Assembly (NCBI RefSeq): GCF_006345805.1
Contig: NW_021833587.1
Location: 1-57,991, forward strand
Origin: Octopus sinensis
Lineage: Eukaryota
DNA length: 57,991 nucleotides
Direction of reading: 5' to 3'
Part shown: in pieces, positions 1 to 12,483 of the stretch
Position numbering within the stretch: the first letter of the stretch is position 1
Layout of the letters: each line of letters opens with the position of its first letter
Position numbers and translations under genes: made by a program
The notes under the pieces: generated by a model
The model's input: the letters and a program-made list of their open reading frames with translations, nothing else
Database searches by the model: none
What the model was told of the DNA's origin: nothing

Positions 1-244
1 GAACGCTGGAGGAATATATAAGGTAAAATCCATATAGATATGATTACCTGAAATTGAATATTGGATATATACATACACACATATATATGTTAATATGAGC
101 GAGTGTATGTGTGTGTGTTTTGAAATGTTACAAATGTACATTTTTAGCTTATAACATTTTACTAAAGTCTCTAATTTAGTCAGTGAATTTCGTCCTATGA
201 ATACACCAACAGTGATAACTACATTATACATACATGTGCACATA

Positions 245-805
245 TATATATTATATAAAATCCGTTCTGTCTGTCTGTGTGTGTCTTCTCGGATCTCGGG
301 CATCCTCCATCCGATTGCGCTAAAATTTGATATGTAGATACCGACGGTATCAGGGCGTGTATAAGTATTGAAAAAATTACAAAAATCGATTCCAGATGAG
401 AATGCGATCGATAAAGCCGTTTATGTCCTGCTTTTCTTCCATCAAACAGTACATAACTGCACCTTCCATTTTTGGTGTTTTTGTACTGCTTAAAGGCACG
501 TTTCTTTCCTGCCAAGCTTACTGTTTAAACCATGTTTGTGTTCTCCCAGTCAACAGTCTTATCATTAATGGTACTTTAAACTCTTCGGTTGCATATTTGT
601 GGGAATAAAATCGTTTTTTTTTTTTGGAATAGAAAAAAGTCTATCATTATTTCTTTTTTTTTTTGCTGGTGTCTCAAATTTAAGTTAAATCAGTGTTTCT
701 CAAAGGGGAGGCCTATGGGACGGGCGGACAAGTTGTTTTGAGAAAATTTAGTTTAAATGTTTGACAACTCAGCACCGTCCATTGGATGGGGGGCGTTTTA
801 CTCGT
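245..805 (+). mobile_element. Probable non-autonomous Helitron-like element (decayed)
   Basis: Starts TATATAAAA-TCCGTTCTGTCTGTCTGTG and contains CCGATT..AAATTTGA, the same layout as the 29909 Helitron. A small hairpin (CCGTCCATTGGATGG) precedes CTCG-T near 800, a possibly mutated CTAG end. Confidence 0.45.
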
Positions 806-814
806 ATAATATAT

Positions 815-998
815 ATAATATATAGAAAGAATTCACAAAAAGAAGCAAAAGACGAAGACGGGTGGTGTAGACAACAAACAGATGTTTTAGTTTAACGCTC
901 GAGAAGTGAAAAAGTCTTTAACGTTTCGATCCTATACTCTTCCACAGAAAGGAACACAGAAAGAAACAAGGAGAGAGAATAAAGAATGTGTAGTGGCT
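815..998 (-). mobile_element. Penelope-like terminal repeat fragment (family P1) carrying a minimal hammerhead
   Basis: Reverse complement matches 4884-5070 (TTTCTGTGTTCCTTTCTGT.GAAGAG..TAGG.TCGAAAC.T.AAAGACTTT). Confidence 0.6.
916..951 (-). ncRNA. Minimal type I hammerhead ribozyme motif, CUGUGGA core variant
   Basis: Minus strand: CTTT-CTGTGGA-A-GAG-tatagg-ATC-GAAAC-GTT|AAAG. Stem I is CTTT/AAAG, stem III is the palindrome ACGT, and stem II has one mismatch. Confidence 0.55.
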
Positions 999-1439
999 AA
1001 ATACATATATATATATATATATCATATACATGTCGTGTGTATCTGCATAATTAACTATTCGCAATAACACGTTAACACGTGTTGTGTAACAAAAAAATAC
1101 AAAAAATGAAAAGAGAAGTGGTGCCTCTTTCAATATCTCCAACACTGGAACATTCGCGTCTTCTCCGCCTCCCCCCCCCCCCACCTCACTCCGTCCTAAT
1201 CACACAACAACAACGACAACAAAATATACAACAACACAAAAGTAATAACGAAGAAGAAGGTGAAGTGATAGGCAAAAGGATATCAACTCCATGAAAATAT
1301 ATGTGCATATCAAATAGTTGAGGGGGGTGAGGGTGAAGTGGGGGGGAAGGCAGAAGCTGAATAACCCCTTTGATATCAGCTTCGGCTGAATCACCAGATT
1401 TGGTCGCCATTTTCTTGACGGTTTTTTGTCTACAGTTCT

Positions 1440-1860
1440 TCTTCATCACGATCTTCATCGTCATCGTCATCATCATCATCATCATTATCATCACTATCGT
1501 CATTATCTTCTTCATCATCTTTTTCTTTTTCTCTCCCTCTTCTTCTCTTCCCTTTCCCTTGTTCTTCACCAATACAACCACCACCACCATCACCACCATC
1601 ACCACCCTAACCACTCTCATCATCAGCATCAGCGTCATCATCTACCTTCCTTCCATCCTTCCTTCCTTCTTTCTTTCCTTTTTTCTTTCCTTTTTTCTTT
1701 CTTTTTTTCTTTCCTTTTTTCTTTCCCTTTTTCTTTCCTTTTTTCTTTCTTTCTTTCTTTCCTACCTTCCTTCCTTCCTTCTTTCCTTCCTACCTTCCTT
1801 CCTTCCTTCCTTCCTTCCTTCCTTCCTACTTTTCTTCCTTCCTTATTTCCCTTCTACCTT
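1440..1860. repeat. (CAT)n, (CAC)n and (CTTT/CCTT)n simple-repeat block
   Basis: Directly visible simple repeats. Confidence 0.95.
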
Positions 1861-1999
1861 TCTTTCGCAACATAATACGAGACAAGTGTTTCCTTTATAT
1901 GTTACATACTTCCATTATATCCAGGGACTTTTACATTATTTTCCCTTCGCTGCCAGGTTCTCCACTCCTTTCTCTTTTCGGAAAGGCAGTAAGGGGTTA

Positions 2000-2015
2000 A
2001 GCTGTGTGTATATAT

Positions 2016-2059
<44 letters not shown>

Positions 2060-2200
2060 CAGAGAGAGAGAGTGAGATACATAAAAGATACATGTATGCA
2101 AATGTATATCTATACATGCTCACATCTATGTATACATATATATGTATGTGGTGTGTATATATGTATCTGTGGGTGCATACATATGCATACATATATATAT

Positions 2201-2253
<53 letters not shown>

Positions 2254-2987
2254 ATGTATATATGTATATGTGCATGCATTATGTATATATATGTATATAT
2301 GTATGTGTATATATGTATATATATATGTATATATATCTGTATATATATTAATATATACACACATATGTATATACATATATATACATATATACACACACAG
2401 ACACACACACATATATACTCGTATTGTGCGTATGTGTCAATGTATATAAGTATTTTTGTGCCTATATTTTTAACGTATCTATTTTGTTGTTGCTTCTAGC
2501 GGTGTCTTTCGTTCGTTCGTTCGTCGTTTGTTATTTTCAATTTGTTATTGTTGTTGGTGTTGTAGATATTTTTTCTGCTTATTTATTTTTATTTCTATTT
2601 CTATTTTTTCTTTTTTTTTTTTTTTCTTAATTCATTCCACGTTTTATCTACGGAGGGTTGAGGTTCGTGTGTAAGGAGCGGATCAAAACTGTAGCAATAG
2701 TATTTATTGTGCTGTCACTTTTGGACTAAGGTAAGGCAAGCATGAAGAACGAGAAAAAGGGACAAACCCCCCACCCCCACCCCGCCAACACCTCGCCCAC
2801 TCCCAACCACAGATCCTACCCCCGGGGAGTTAAAACAGGAAAAGGAAAAAAAAAATACACGAACAAAGAATCAATGAATTCCAAATATAAACAACACAAG
2901 GATAGTAAATAGTTCCTGTGGTGCACACGGATGTCTATATACATGTGTGCGTGTGCATGTGCATATATATATATACATGCATTATAA

Positions 2988-3038
<51 letters not shown>

Positions 3039-3186
3039 ATCAAAGTATATATATATATATATATGATATACACATACATATAATTATACATAATATAGTA
3101 TATCTATATATATATATATATATATACATATCAAGTATCAAAGTACATATATATAATATATAACATACATACATACATATAGATAT

Positions 3187-3221
<35 letters not shown>

Positions 3222-3362
3222 AGATATACATATAATATATATATACTACATATATAATATATATATACATACATATATACTATATATACATACATATATG
3301 TTATCAATATATGTATGTATGTACTTTACGTGCGTGTGCGGTTATAATACATGTACACAGTG

Positions 3363-3396
<34 letters not shown>

Positions 3397-3735
3397 ATAT
3401 TCATGGGTATACATAATACACATCTGTACATACATAAATTCACGTGCATATACTCATGTATATACATATATGTATGTATGTATGCATGAACGTATGCTTA
3501 TACGCATACGTACACATGTATATATAAATATATATATATGTATGTGTATTTACCTACGTATATATCACGTCCACGTGCATACATATATGTAATTTTATAC
3601 ATACGTACACAAACATATTTGCATATACATGTGTGTGTATATGTGAATATGTGTGTATATGCATGTGTATATGCACATGTATATATATGTATATATACAT
3701 ATATATACATACACACACATATATACATAGACACG

Positions 3736-3776
<41 letters not shown>

Positions 3777-4120
3777 GCATATACACATTCACACACACAT
3801 AGACACATGGATATTCATACATACACAAAAGTTGTTATATCTGCATATGTTTGCATATAGGTATATATATGTATGTGCATGTTCGTATATATGTGTGTGT
3901 GTGCATGTATGTTATATATATCTATATATAATATATATATATATATATTATATATATTATGTATGTGGGCGTGTGAGTAGAGATAAGGGTGAGAGATGGA
4001 CAGTATATTCACTTGAGACTTTGAGAGAGAGAGGGAGGGAGAGAAAGAGAAAGATAGAAGGGAGAGGGAGAGAGAGAGAGTAAGCGAGAAGCAGAAAGAG
4101 AGGGGTGGTTTGTTCTGGCA
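2000..4120. repeat. Compound (TA)n/(TG)n/(CA)n/(GA)n microsatellite fields with short unique spacers
   Basis: Directly visible. Confidence 0.9.
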
Positions 4121-4599
4121 GATAGACAGAGAAGTATAACATAGTGTTGGAATAACATTTTATCAAACAAGTGACATTCTGACAAATGAATCGTGTTCAA
4201 TCTATGCCTAGATCTGTTGTATTGGTTAAAAGACAGAAGCAGGGGGTGGGAGGGGTTGAGAGAAGAAACACACACACTCACACACACACACGCACGCACG
4301 CACGCACGTACGCTTGTACGGATGCACGTACGCTTGTACGGATGCACGTAAGCACACACACACACGTAAAAACGACAGAATCGAAGATAAACTGCCAACT
4401 AGAAACTAGGAGTAAGGAAAGAGAGTTGGAAAGAGAAGTGGAATGAGGGAGAGCGGAGAGAGAGAGAAGAGAGAGAGAGAGATGCTGAGAAAGGGAGAGA
4501 AGAGTAGATGGAATCAACTGAGAGCTGGGCTGTCGTGGAATAACTTGTAGGATAGATAAATGTGCATTTAAAACTGTCAACTGTATATACTTTCATAGA

Positions 4600-4624
4600 T
4601 AGGTAGAAAGATAGATATGGATAG

Positions 4625-4669
<45 letters not shown>

Positions 4670-4860
4670 TAGATGGATAGATATAGATAGATAAATATGG
4701 ATATAGACAGAGAGACAGACATATAGATAGATAGATAGATAGAAATAGATGAATAGATATAGATAGATAGAAGGATAGATATAGATAGATAAATATGGAT
4801 ATAGACAGACAGACAGATAGATAGAAAGGGAGGCAGGTAGGTAGGTGGGCACATAGATAT
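4600..4860. repeat. (GATA)n microsatellite
   Basis: Directly visible. Confidence 0.95.
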
Positions 4861-4883
4861 AATACACTGAAGCATACATGTCA

Positions 4884-5070
4884 TAGCCACTAACCCTTTC
4901 TTTATTTTCTCTCTCACTTTATTTTCTTTTTGTTTATTTCTGTGTTCCTTTCTGTTGAAGAGAGTAGGCTCGAAACATAAAAGACTTTCTCACTTCCCCA
5001 GCGTTAAACTAATACATCTGTTTGTTGTTTACACAGCCGTTTTCATCTTTTTTTTTGTAAATTCCTACTA
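4884..5070 (+). mobile_element. Penelope-like terminal repeat fragment (family P1)
   Basis: Homologous to 815-998 (-) and more weakly to 33120-33235 (-); contains a hammerhead motif. Confidence 0.6.
4948..4983 (+). ncRNA. Minimal type I hammerhead ribozyme motif, CUGUUGA core variant
   Basis: CTTT-CTGTTGA-A-GAG-agtagg-CTC-GAAAC-ATA|AAAG. Stems I and II pair; stem III has lost its C-G pair. Confidence 0.55.
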
Positions 5071-5080
5071 TATGTATGTA

Positions 5081-5125
<45 letters not shown>

Positions 5126-5677
5126 CAGGTTAGGAGATATGAGATGTATATGTATTTATTTAACCACGTGATTATCTGTAAGATTACAGCCGTTTCGCAA
5201 CCTTTTCATGAACAATTGATTTCAATATGGAAGAAATTATGCATACGTGTTTTGCATTAATATGTATGCTCAGCATTGTATACTCACAAATTAATGCAAA
5301 TAAAGAAAGCTAGCGCATCAGATCACCAGAACATTATGATTACGTCAACAAATCAACTCTAAACACACACATAAGATTCATTCTTTAAATGCACAATGTA
5401 TGGACTTTCGGAACCGGACAAAATTACATTGATTTCGTCAGTGAGAGATATGCATCGGGAGAAAGATATATTGTGCTGCTATTATTATAATTAAGAAATA
5501 CACTATGCTTGAGTTAGACACAGTAATAATAATTAAAAAAAAAGTTAAAGTAAAAATGAAATAACAGGTAACATAAAAATAAAATTAAAATATTTAAATG
5601 GTATAACCAAATGATATAGATTTGTTTTTACTGAAGTAATTACTCAGATAGGCAAATAGGGGAGAAAATAAATGGTG

Positions 5678-5678
5678 A

Positions 5679-5730
<52 letters not shown>

Positions 5731-5814
5731 CACCCATCTCTCTATTTATCCATCTATCTAGATATATATTTATCCATCTATCTATCTATCAATTTATCTC
5801 TCCATCTATCCATC

Positions 5815-5852
<38 letters not shown>

Positions 5853-5868
5853 TTATCAATCTATCTAT

Positions 5869-5910
<42 letters not shown>

Positions 5911-5915
5911 CTCTC

Positions 5916-5953
<38 letters not shown>

Positions 5954-6015
5954 CATCCATCCATCTACCTATCTACCTATTTATCAATCTATCTATCTAT
6001 CCATGTATGTATGTA
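5678..6015. repeat. (TATC)n microsatellite
   Basis: Directly visible. Confidence 0.95.
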
Positions 6016-6061
6016 TCAGTGTTAAATTTCTGTTACTAGTGCCCCATCAGTACTTGATAAC

Positions 6062-6225
6062 TTGTGTTGGTTTGTTTACGTCTCTTAACTTAGCAGTTCG
6101 GCATAACAGACTGATAGAACAAGTACCCGACTTAAGCAAAATAAGTAATGGGTAGATTTATTCGATTTAAATCTTTCAAGGCGTTGCTCCAGTATGGCCG
6201 CTGTCCAGTGAGTAAAACAAAGATT
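6062..6225 (+). mobile_element. SINE family B, diverged 3' half
   Basis: Matches the 3' half of the full B copies (TAACTTAGC.GTTCGGCA...CTCCAG.ATGGCCGC). Confidence 0.75.
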
Positions 6226-6606
6226 TTAGAAAATAAATAAAAGCGAACGCTGAGATTAATACATGGTGAAATTTAAAACAACATGAATATTTTGTTTTGA
6301 ATTTCATTTGACGGAGTAATGTGAACGTGGAAGGGTTAGAACAGTGAGGTCTTGTGATTCATAGTCAAGGTTGTTAGACCGCCACGTAGTCTCATCCCCC
6401 GAATGATGTGAAACTTACGAAGTGTTGCTGCCGCTTATAATAATCAGTTTTAATGTGGCCCTGCCGCCGTTAACTTAAATTAGACATTTACCTCATTAGT
6501 CGGGAATAATTTTTTTGTTTACGACTTTTGAATTATAACGGAAGCTCTTGTCTGAATGGTGACTGACTGTCGCATTTAAGTCGCATTCGTAAACGCCTGT
6601 ATTGTA

Positions 6607-6642
<36 letters not shown>

Positions 6643-6670
6643 TACATCACAATTTCTGAGAAATAAATAT

Positions 6671-7120
6671 ATATTTCTTTACTACCCACAAGGGGCTAAA
6701 CATAGAGGGGACAAACAAGGACGGACAAAGGGATTAAGTCGATTACATCGACCCCTGTGCGTAACTGGTACTTATTTAATCGACCCCGAAAGGATGAAAG
6801 GCAAAGTCGACCTTGGCAGAATTTGAACTCAGAACCTAGCGACAGACGAAATACCGATAAGCATTTCACCCGGCGTGCTAACGATTCTTATTTCTTTACT
6901 GCTCACAAGGGGCTAAACATAGAGGGGACAAACAAGGACAGACAAACGGATTAAGTCGATTACATTGATCCCCAGTGCGTAACTGGTACTTTATTTATCG
7001 ACCCAGAAAGGATGAAAGACAAAGTCAACCTCGGCGGAATTTGAACTCAGAACGTAACGGCGGACGAAATACGGCTACGCATTTCGCCCGGCGTGCTAAC
7101 GTTTCTGCCAGCTCACCGCC
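6671..7120 (-). mobile_element. tRNA-derived SINE family A, tandem dimer with 17-bp TSD
   Basis: Two units, with head GAGCTGGCAGAAACGTTAGC and B-box-like GAGTTCAAATTCC. The direct repeat TTCTGAGAAATAAATAT lies at 6654-6670 and 7121-7137. Confidence 0.92.
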
Positions 7121-7324
7121 TTCTGAGAAATAAATATCGTGAGCCGAATACCCTAACCATTAAGCCACGCGCCATCACTAGGTACACTTGTACTAAAAAA
7201 TGATTTCCTATGATGGTGATGATGATGCAGCCCTACATTCTAACCACTGCACTACAGCCTATACCACACCAGGACGTTTAACTTTCATGGCAATATTATC
7301 CTTGGTACCACAGCCATCACAACT

Positions 7325-7556
7325 ACTACTACTTCTACAACCACCACCATTACTACTACTACCACCATCATTACCACCACTACTACTACTACTACCACTA
7401 CTACTACTACTACTACTACCATAACTAGTATTACCACTACTACTCTACTACTGCTGCTGCTACTACTACTACTACTACCACTACTACTACTACCACCATA
7501 ATTAGTATTACCACTACTACTCTACTATTGCTGCTGCTACTACTACTACTCTACTA

Positions 7557-7613
<57 letters not shown>

Positions 7614-7690
7614 TTACCATAACTAGTATTACCACTACTACTCTACTACTGCTGCTGCTACTACTACTACCACTACCACTACTACTAGCG
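7325..7690. repeat. (ACT)n microsatellite with higher-order repeated blocks
   Basis: The block ACCATAA/TTAGTATTACCACTACTACTCTACTA recurs three times (about 7418, 7496, 7616). Confidence 0.9.
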
Positions 7691-8138
7691 CCATCACAAT
7701 TACGTCTACTACTACAACCACTCTTACTGGAACACTTGCTGACATCCGTGACATCTGCGGGAGTGGCAGTTAGCATCATAGTCGTCATCATCATCAATAT
7801 CATCATCATCATCATCATCATCCCCGCCACCGTCAGTAATCTCGACAACAGCAACACAGCTGCTATAACCGCCATCATTACCATGGTTACTTGTGTCAAC
7901 ATTCAATCAATCCCACCATCTTTTGGTGGGTGGTAGTAGTAGGAGGAGGGGAGGAGGAGGAGGAAGAGAAGGAGAGATGAGGAAGAAGAAGAGGGAATGT
8001 AGGAAACCAAGATTAAAATTATATTTTTTATTTTTTATTTCATTTTATTTTATTTTATTTTTTGTCCAGATTCAGAAAATTATCAATTTGCAGCATCCAA
8101 TAAAGAGACGCTATGACATTTAGTTGGTTACCTCTTCA

Positions 8139-8224
8139 CACGTGACCCTAATCACCATGGAGACGTTAAACGCGATCCCATGACGTCAAATCTTGCGTAA
8201 GCGATTTGTGGCTTCGGCCAATCA
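8139..8224. promoter_or_regulatory. Candidate enhancer/promoter motif cluster
   Basis: CACGTGAC (8139), TGACGTCA (8181), TTGCGTAA (8193) and GGCCAATCA (8216) fall within 86 bp of non-repetitive sequence. Confidence 0.35.
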
Positions 8225-8390
8225 CTCATTCGGCCCCTTTCTGTTTTCTTTCTATCTGTGTCTCTTTCGTCTCAAGCATGCACACAACACACACACACAG
8301 ATATATACGCATACATACACACATATATACAATTGCATATATATATATATATATATACCTACACACACACATATATATATATATATACAT

Positions 8391-8433
<43 letters not shown>

Positions 8434-8759
8434 CACACATATATATATATATATACATACATCACATATATATATGCATATATATGTGTGTCGCCAAAGT
8501 ATGTAATATAGTAAGTTGAAAAACTTCAATTAACTGACATTGTTATTCAAGTTAGAAGGGAAGAAAACGTTTTCTGAGAGGATTTAAAATCTAAAATATT
8601 TCACCCCAGATGGCTAGACTTGGCGAGTGATAAATTATATAGAGAAAGAAAAATAAAAGGAAAGCAGTGATGCTAATAATAGGGCTATGGGGACAACAGT
8701 AGAAGTGGTTTTAACGACAAATAGAATTACATAGACTAAACCATACTAAAATATACTAA

Positions 8760-9440
8760 TCACATAAACCGAAGATAATATGGTATAATCCACCACATGG
8801 CATAAACGCATCTGAAAATAGCAACGAAGTTTCATAAGTTGATAGGCCTATACTTCTCTCACATTGTTACCAGAAAATAGTTTAACAGATATTCTATAAA
8901 CATCAGCTATATTTGCCTGGATTATACAGAGTCACTAACTTAGTAACACTATACAACTATTTCGAGTAGAATGCATTTAAAGTGATATTACAAACACAGC
9001 TTCATAGTAAATTTTTCAACAGATGTTTGAGAAATGACATATAAGGAAAGCAGAAAGTATTTTTAAAAGCCGATATGTGCAACATAACCGCTAATAAAAA
9101 AAATAAGAACGAAAGCAACCCCACTTTATTATCGCAACATATATGGTAACCCAAAAATAGGAGATAGCAAAACCATTATGGAATAGACAGCGCTGAGAAA
9201 AGCAAAACGATGCAATGAATGCAAAAGGCATGGAATTTATTCAAAACCACTAAATTTTATATTACTTGCTTCTGGCAGTAACTTAAATCCTTGAAGGAAA
9301 ACCATTTCCAAAAACTTGAATAAGAAAACAAAAATCACTCTTACATTTATAAACGTACTCCTGGGCCAAGAATATTTGAATTCTAGACTGGTGAACTCAA
9401 AACTAAAATCTAAATTTGAAAAAAACAAAGGCAAGATCAT
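8760..9440 (+). pseudogene. Decayed Penelope-like element ORF fragment (region between RT and GIY-YIG)
   Basis: Translation across frameshifts gives KPKIIWYNPPH...IATKFHKLIGLYF...FNRYSINISYIC, resembling the PLE motif IIWFNPP..KF..LI..HF..FNR..IK.SYSC. The 3' boundary is uncertain. Confidence 0.55.
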
Positions 9441-9444
9441 TCAC

Positions 9445-9672
9445 ATTTTAAAGGAGAAAAAGGATGGACTTGATTTTAAAGGGGAAAAAGAATGGGCTTG
9501 ATTTTAAAGGGGAAAAAGAATGGGCTTGATTTTAAAGGGGAAAAAGAATGGGCTTGATTTTAAAGGGGGAAAAGAATGGGCTTGATTTTAAAGGGGGAAA
9601 AGAATGGGCTTGATTTTAAAGGGGAAAAAGAATGGACTTGATTTTAAAGGGGAAAAAGAATGGGCTTGATTT
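9445..9672. repeat. 28-bp minisatellite, about 8 copies
   Basis: Unit ATTTTAAAGGGGAAAAAGAATGGGCTTG; the copies are near-identical. Confidence 0.97.
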
Positions 9673-9834
9673 CCTGGGCAATTATCATAACCACGTGCGT
9701 TAATTTTAAGAATACATCCATTAAATTAATGCGTGAAAATATATGAACTTGGATAACAATGAAAGCGATATGTGGTACGCTATTTTTATTTTGAAAATGT
9801 TCAGAACCTCTTCCATTCAGTACAGTTTTGGTTG

Positions 9835-10245
9835 CTTACTCTTTTACTCTTTTACTTGTTTCAGTCATTTGACTGCGGCCATGCTGGAGCACCGCCTTTA
9901 ATCGAGCAACTCGACCCCGGAACGTATTCTTTTGTAAGCCCAGTACTTATTCTATCGGTCTCTTTTGCCGAACCGCTAAGTAACGGGGACATAAACACAC
10001 CAGCATCGGTTGTCAAGCAATGCTAGGGGGACAAACACAGACGCACAAACACACACACGCATATATATATATATATATATACAACGGGCTTCTTTCAGTT
10101 TCGGTCTACCAAATCCACTCACAAGGCATTGGTCGGCCCGAGGCTATAGTAGAAGACACTTTGCCCAAGGTGCCACGCAGTGGGACTGAACCCGGAACCA
10201 TGTGGTTGGTAAACAAGCTACTTACCACACAGCCACTCCTGCGCC
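9835..10245 (-). mobile_element. tRNA-derived SINE family B, full length
   Basis: Head GGCGCAGGAGTGGCTGTGTGGTAAG, B-box GGTTCAGTCCC, internal (TA)(TG) tract and (AAAGAGT)n tail. Confidence 0.92.
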
Positions 10246-10439
10246 TTGTAGAAATATATATTATATAAAACTCCGCCGAGCATCAACACAAGATGATGCA
10301 AGCGTAAGTGTACCATGATTGTATCAGATTGTGCAACATGATTTTTGTCCTTGGGTAGCAACGTTTATTTCTTATTTGTTTACCCCTGTAAAGTATGGAA
10401 AATGGCTAATATTTCCTTCAAACTTTACTTTTGTTACAT

Positions 10440-10612
10440 TTATTCAAACCCCAAAGAATTCCTTTCAACACGTGACTATGATGCTCGCCCATTACCCCTG
10501 TTCATGATCAGAAACGCGCATATTATCAGTCACTAAGGAACATGCTTATGTGGTTAAGGTCAAGCAATTGACGAGCAAATCTATGGTATTGAGCAGAATA
10601 TTTGCTATAATG
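10440..10612 (-). mobile_element. Fragment of TAA-associated element X
   Basis: Reverse complement matches about 15890-16060. Confidence 0.75.
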
Positions 10613-10919
10613 ATATTTCTGCTTCAGCAACTAAACGCTGAATCTGTGTGAAATGTAATGGAAAATCAGCCAGTTTCAAAACATTGATGTCCAGGTCACA
10701 AAAGCAAAGTTTGAAAGGACTAGTACTTATTTCCTTTGATTTCTAGATTGAAGTTTATAAGAAAAAACACTTACTGACCAAAGACGACTGAAAAAAAATT
10801 GTTACACAGTGTAACATTATGTTATACACAATAATTCCACAGGCTTTGTGGAACAAAAAACAATACGCACACTACCATATATATATATACACACACACAC
10901 ACATGTAATATATATATAT

Positions 10920-10962
<43 letters not shown>

Positions 10963-11607
10963 GTTATGAGAGGTAATGGTGTCAATAAGACCCAAAGGGG
11001 GTCAGTAATGCTGAGTAAGTGCTATGGATAGATCATAGTTAAGCTCCAGTTCGGTGATTATGCGAATAAGGAGTCCAACGTAGGTCATATATCAGCGTAT
11101 GTATATATAAAAAATCTTTTTCAGAATGAGATAAAAAAAACCAAGGCTGTGAAGATTTTAGAACATTTATAAATAGGTCTTACAGCTAATATATATATGT
11201 ATATATATATATATATATATATCTTTATACATTTGTATATGCACAAACATACATGTATAAATACGTGTGTACATACTTATAAATACATACATACAGACAT
11301 ACATGCATACGAAGATAGATAGGTTGATGATGATGATGATAATGATGATGCTGATTGCCTCTTTGTGTCAGATGATAGCTTTCTCACATTTAAGAAGCGG
11401 AATGACTAATAACACACCTGTATGTGATTGGATTTAAGTGGAAAAAGCTTGTACAACATTACTGCCCCTTCTCTCAGTTACCATCGTAGGGTCCAGTGAC
11501 ACGCATTGCAAGATGGATGGTACTGTTTTGGCAGCAAGAATTATGGCAGAGAATCTTTCTCCTAAAAGAGTTGCATTCACGGTTTTGTATAGCACTGAAA
11601 ATGTTAC

Positions 11608-11770
11608 TTTACCCATAGATGGGGACCAGATAGGTTCCAAGCCAGAAGGGACCTGGTAGTAAGGGTAAGTAGGGGGAGACTCTACACTCCTTCACCCCAA
11701 CTCCAGGACACCCGAAATGGAACTTCACACCGGGCGCAGTTTAATTTCATATATACGCACCTCCCCAGAC
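11608..11770 (+). mobile_element. Old SINE body fragment (family E)
   Basis: Resembles 47772-47919 (CCCAT.GATGG.ACC...GG.CCTGG.AGTAA.GGT...GACTC.AC.CTCC). Confidence 0.5.
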
Positions 11771-11818
11771 ACGTAGACATTATTATTGTTGTTATGGTTA
11801 TCATTATTATTATTATTA

Positions 11819-12030
11819 AGACGCCGAGCTGGCAGAATCGTTTGCATGCCGGTCGAAGTGCTCAGCGGTATTTCGTCCGTCGCTACGTTCTGAGTTCAAA
11901 TTCCGCCGAGGTCGACTTTGCCTTTCACCCTTTCGGGGTCGATAAATTAAGTACCAGTTGCGTACTGGATCGATCAAATCGACTGGCCCCCTCCCCAAAG
12001 ATTTCATGCCTTGAGCCTATGGTAGAAAGG

Positions 12031-12063
<33 letters not shown>
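11819..12063 (+). mobile_element. SINE family A, A2 tail type ending in (ATT)n
   Basis: Full head plus CCCCAAA.ATTTCA.GCCTTG.GCCTAT.GTAGAAAGGATT(ATT)n tail. Confidence 0.9.
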
Positions 12064-12066
12064 TAC

Positions 12067-12483
12067 ACGCAGGAGTGGCTGCGTGGTAAGTAGCTTGCTC
12101 ACCAACCACATGGTTCTGGGTTTATTCCCACTGTGTGGCACCTTGAGCAAATGTCTTCTACTATAGCCTCGGGCCGATCAAAGCCTTGTGAGTGGATTTG
12201 GTAGACGGAAACTGAAAGAAGCCCGTCGTATATATGTATATATATATATTATATATATGTGTGTGTATGTGTGTGTATGTGTATCTGTGTTTGTCCCGCA
12301 AAATCGCATCGCTTGACAACAGATGGCGGTGTGTTTACGCCCCCATAACTTAGCTGTTCGGCAAAAGCGACTGATAGAATAAGTACTAGGCTTACAAAGA
12401 ATAAGTCCTGGGGTCGATTTGCTCGACTAAAGGCGGTGCTCCAGCATGGCCGCAATCAAATGACTGAAACAAGTAAAAGAGTA
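12067..12483 (+). mobile_element. SINE family B, near full length
   Basis: Aligns to the other B copies along its length. Confidence 0.9.

Noticed and set aside
1186-4917. Long ORFs (up to 280 aa) rich in I/Y, F/L/S, H, C/V or T/P
   Set aside because: They are translations of microsatellites, open on several frames and both strands. The same applies to similar ORFs across the window (for example 13040, 18295, 20401, 25681, 49564).
5405-5450. Minus-strand CTGACGA...GAAAGTCCATAC hammerhead candidate
   Set aside because: Stem II is out of register and stems I and III do not pair convincingly. A family consensus would be needed.
9445-9672. Regular 28-bp repeats as a CRISPR array
   Set aside because: The units are contiguous with no spacers, and the context is eukaryotic.
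11438-11659. 73-aa ORF as a host exon
   Set aside because: No recognisable domain, and its 3' part overlaps an old SINE body (family E).
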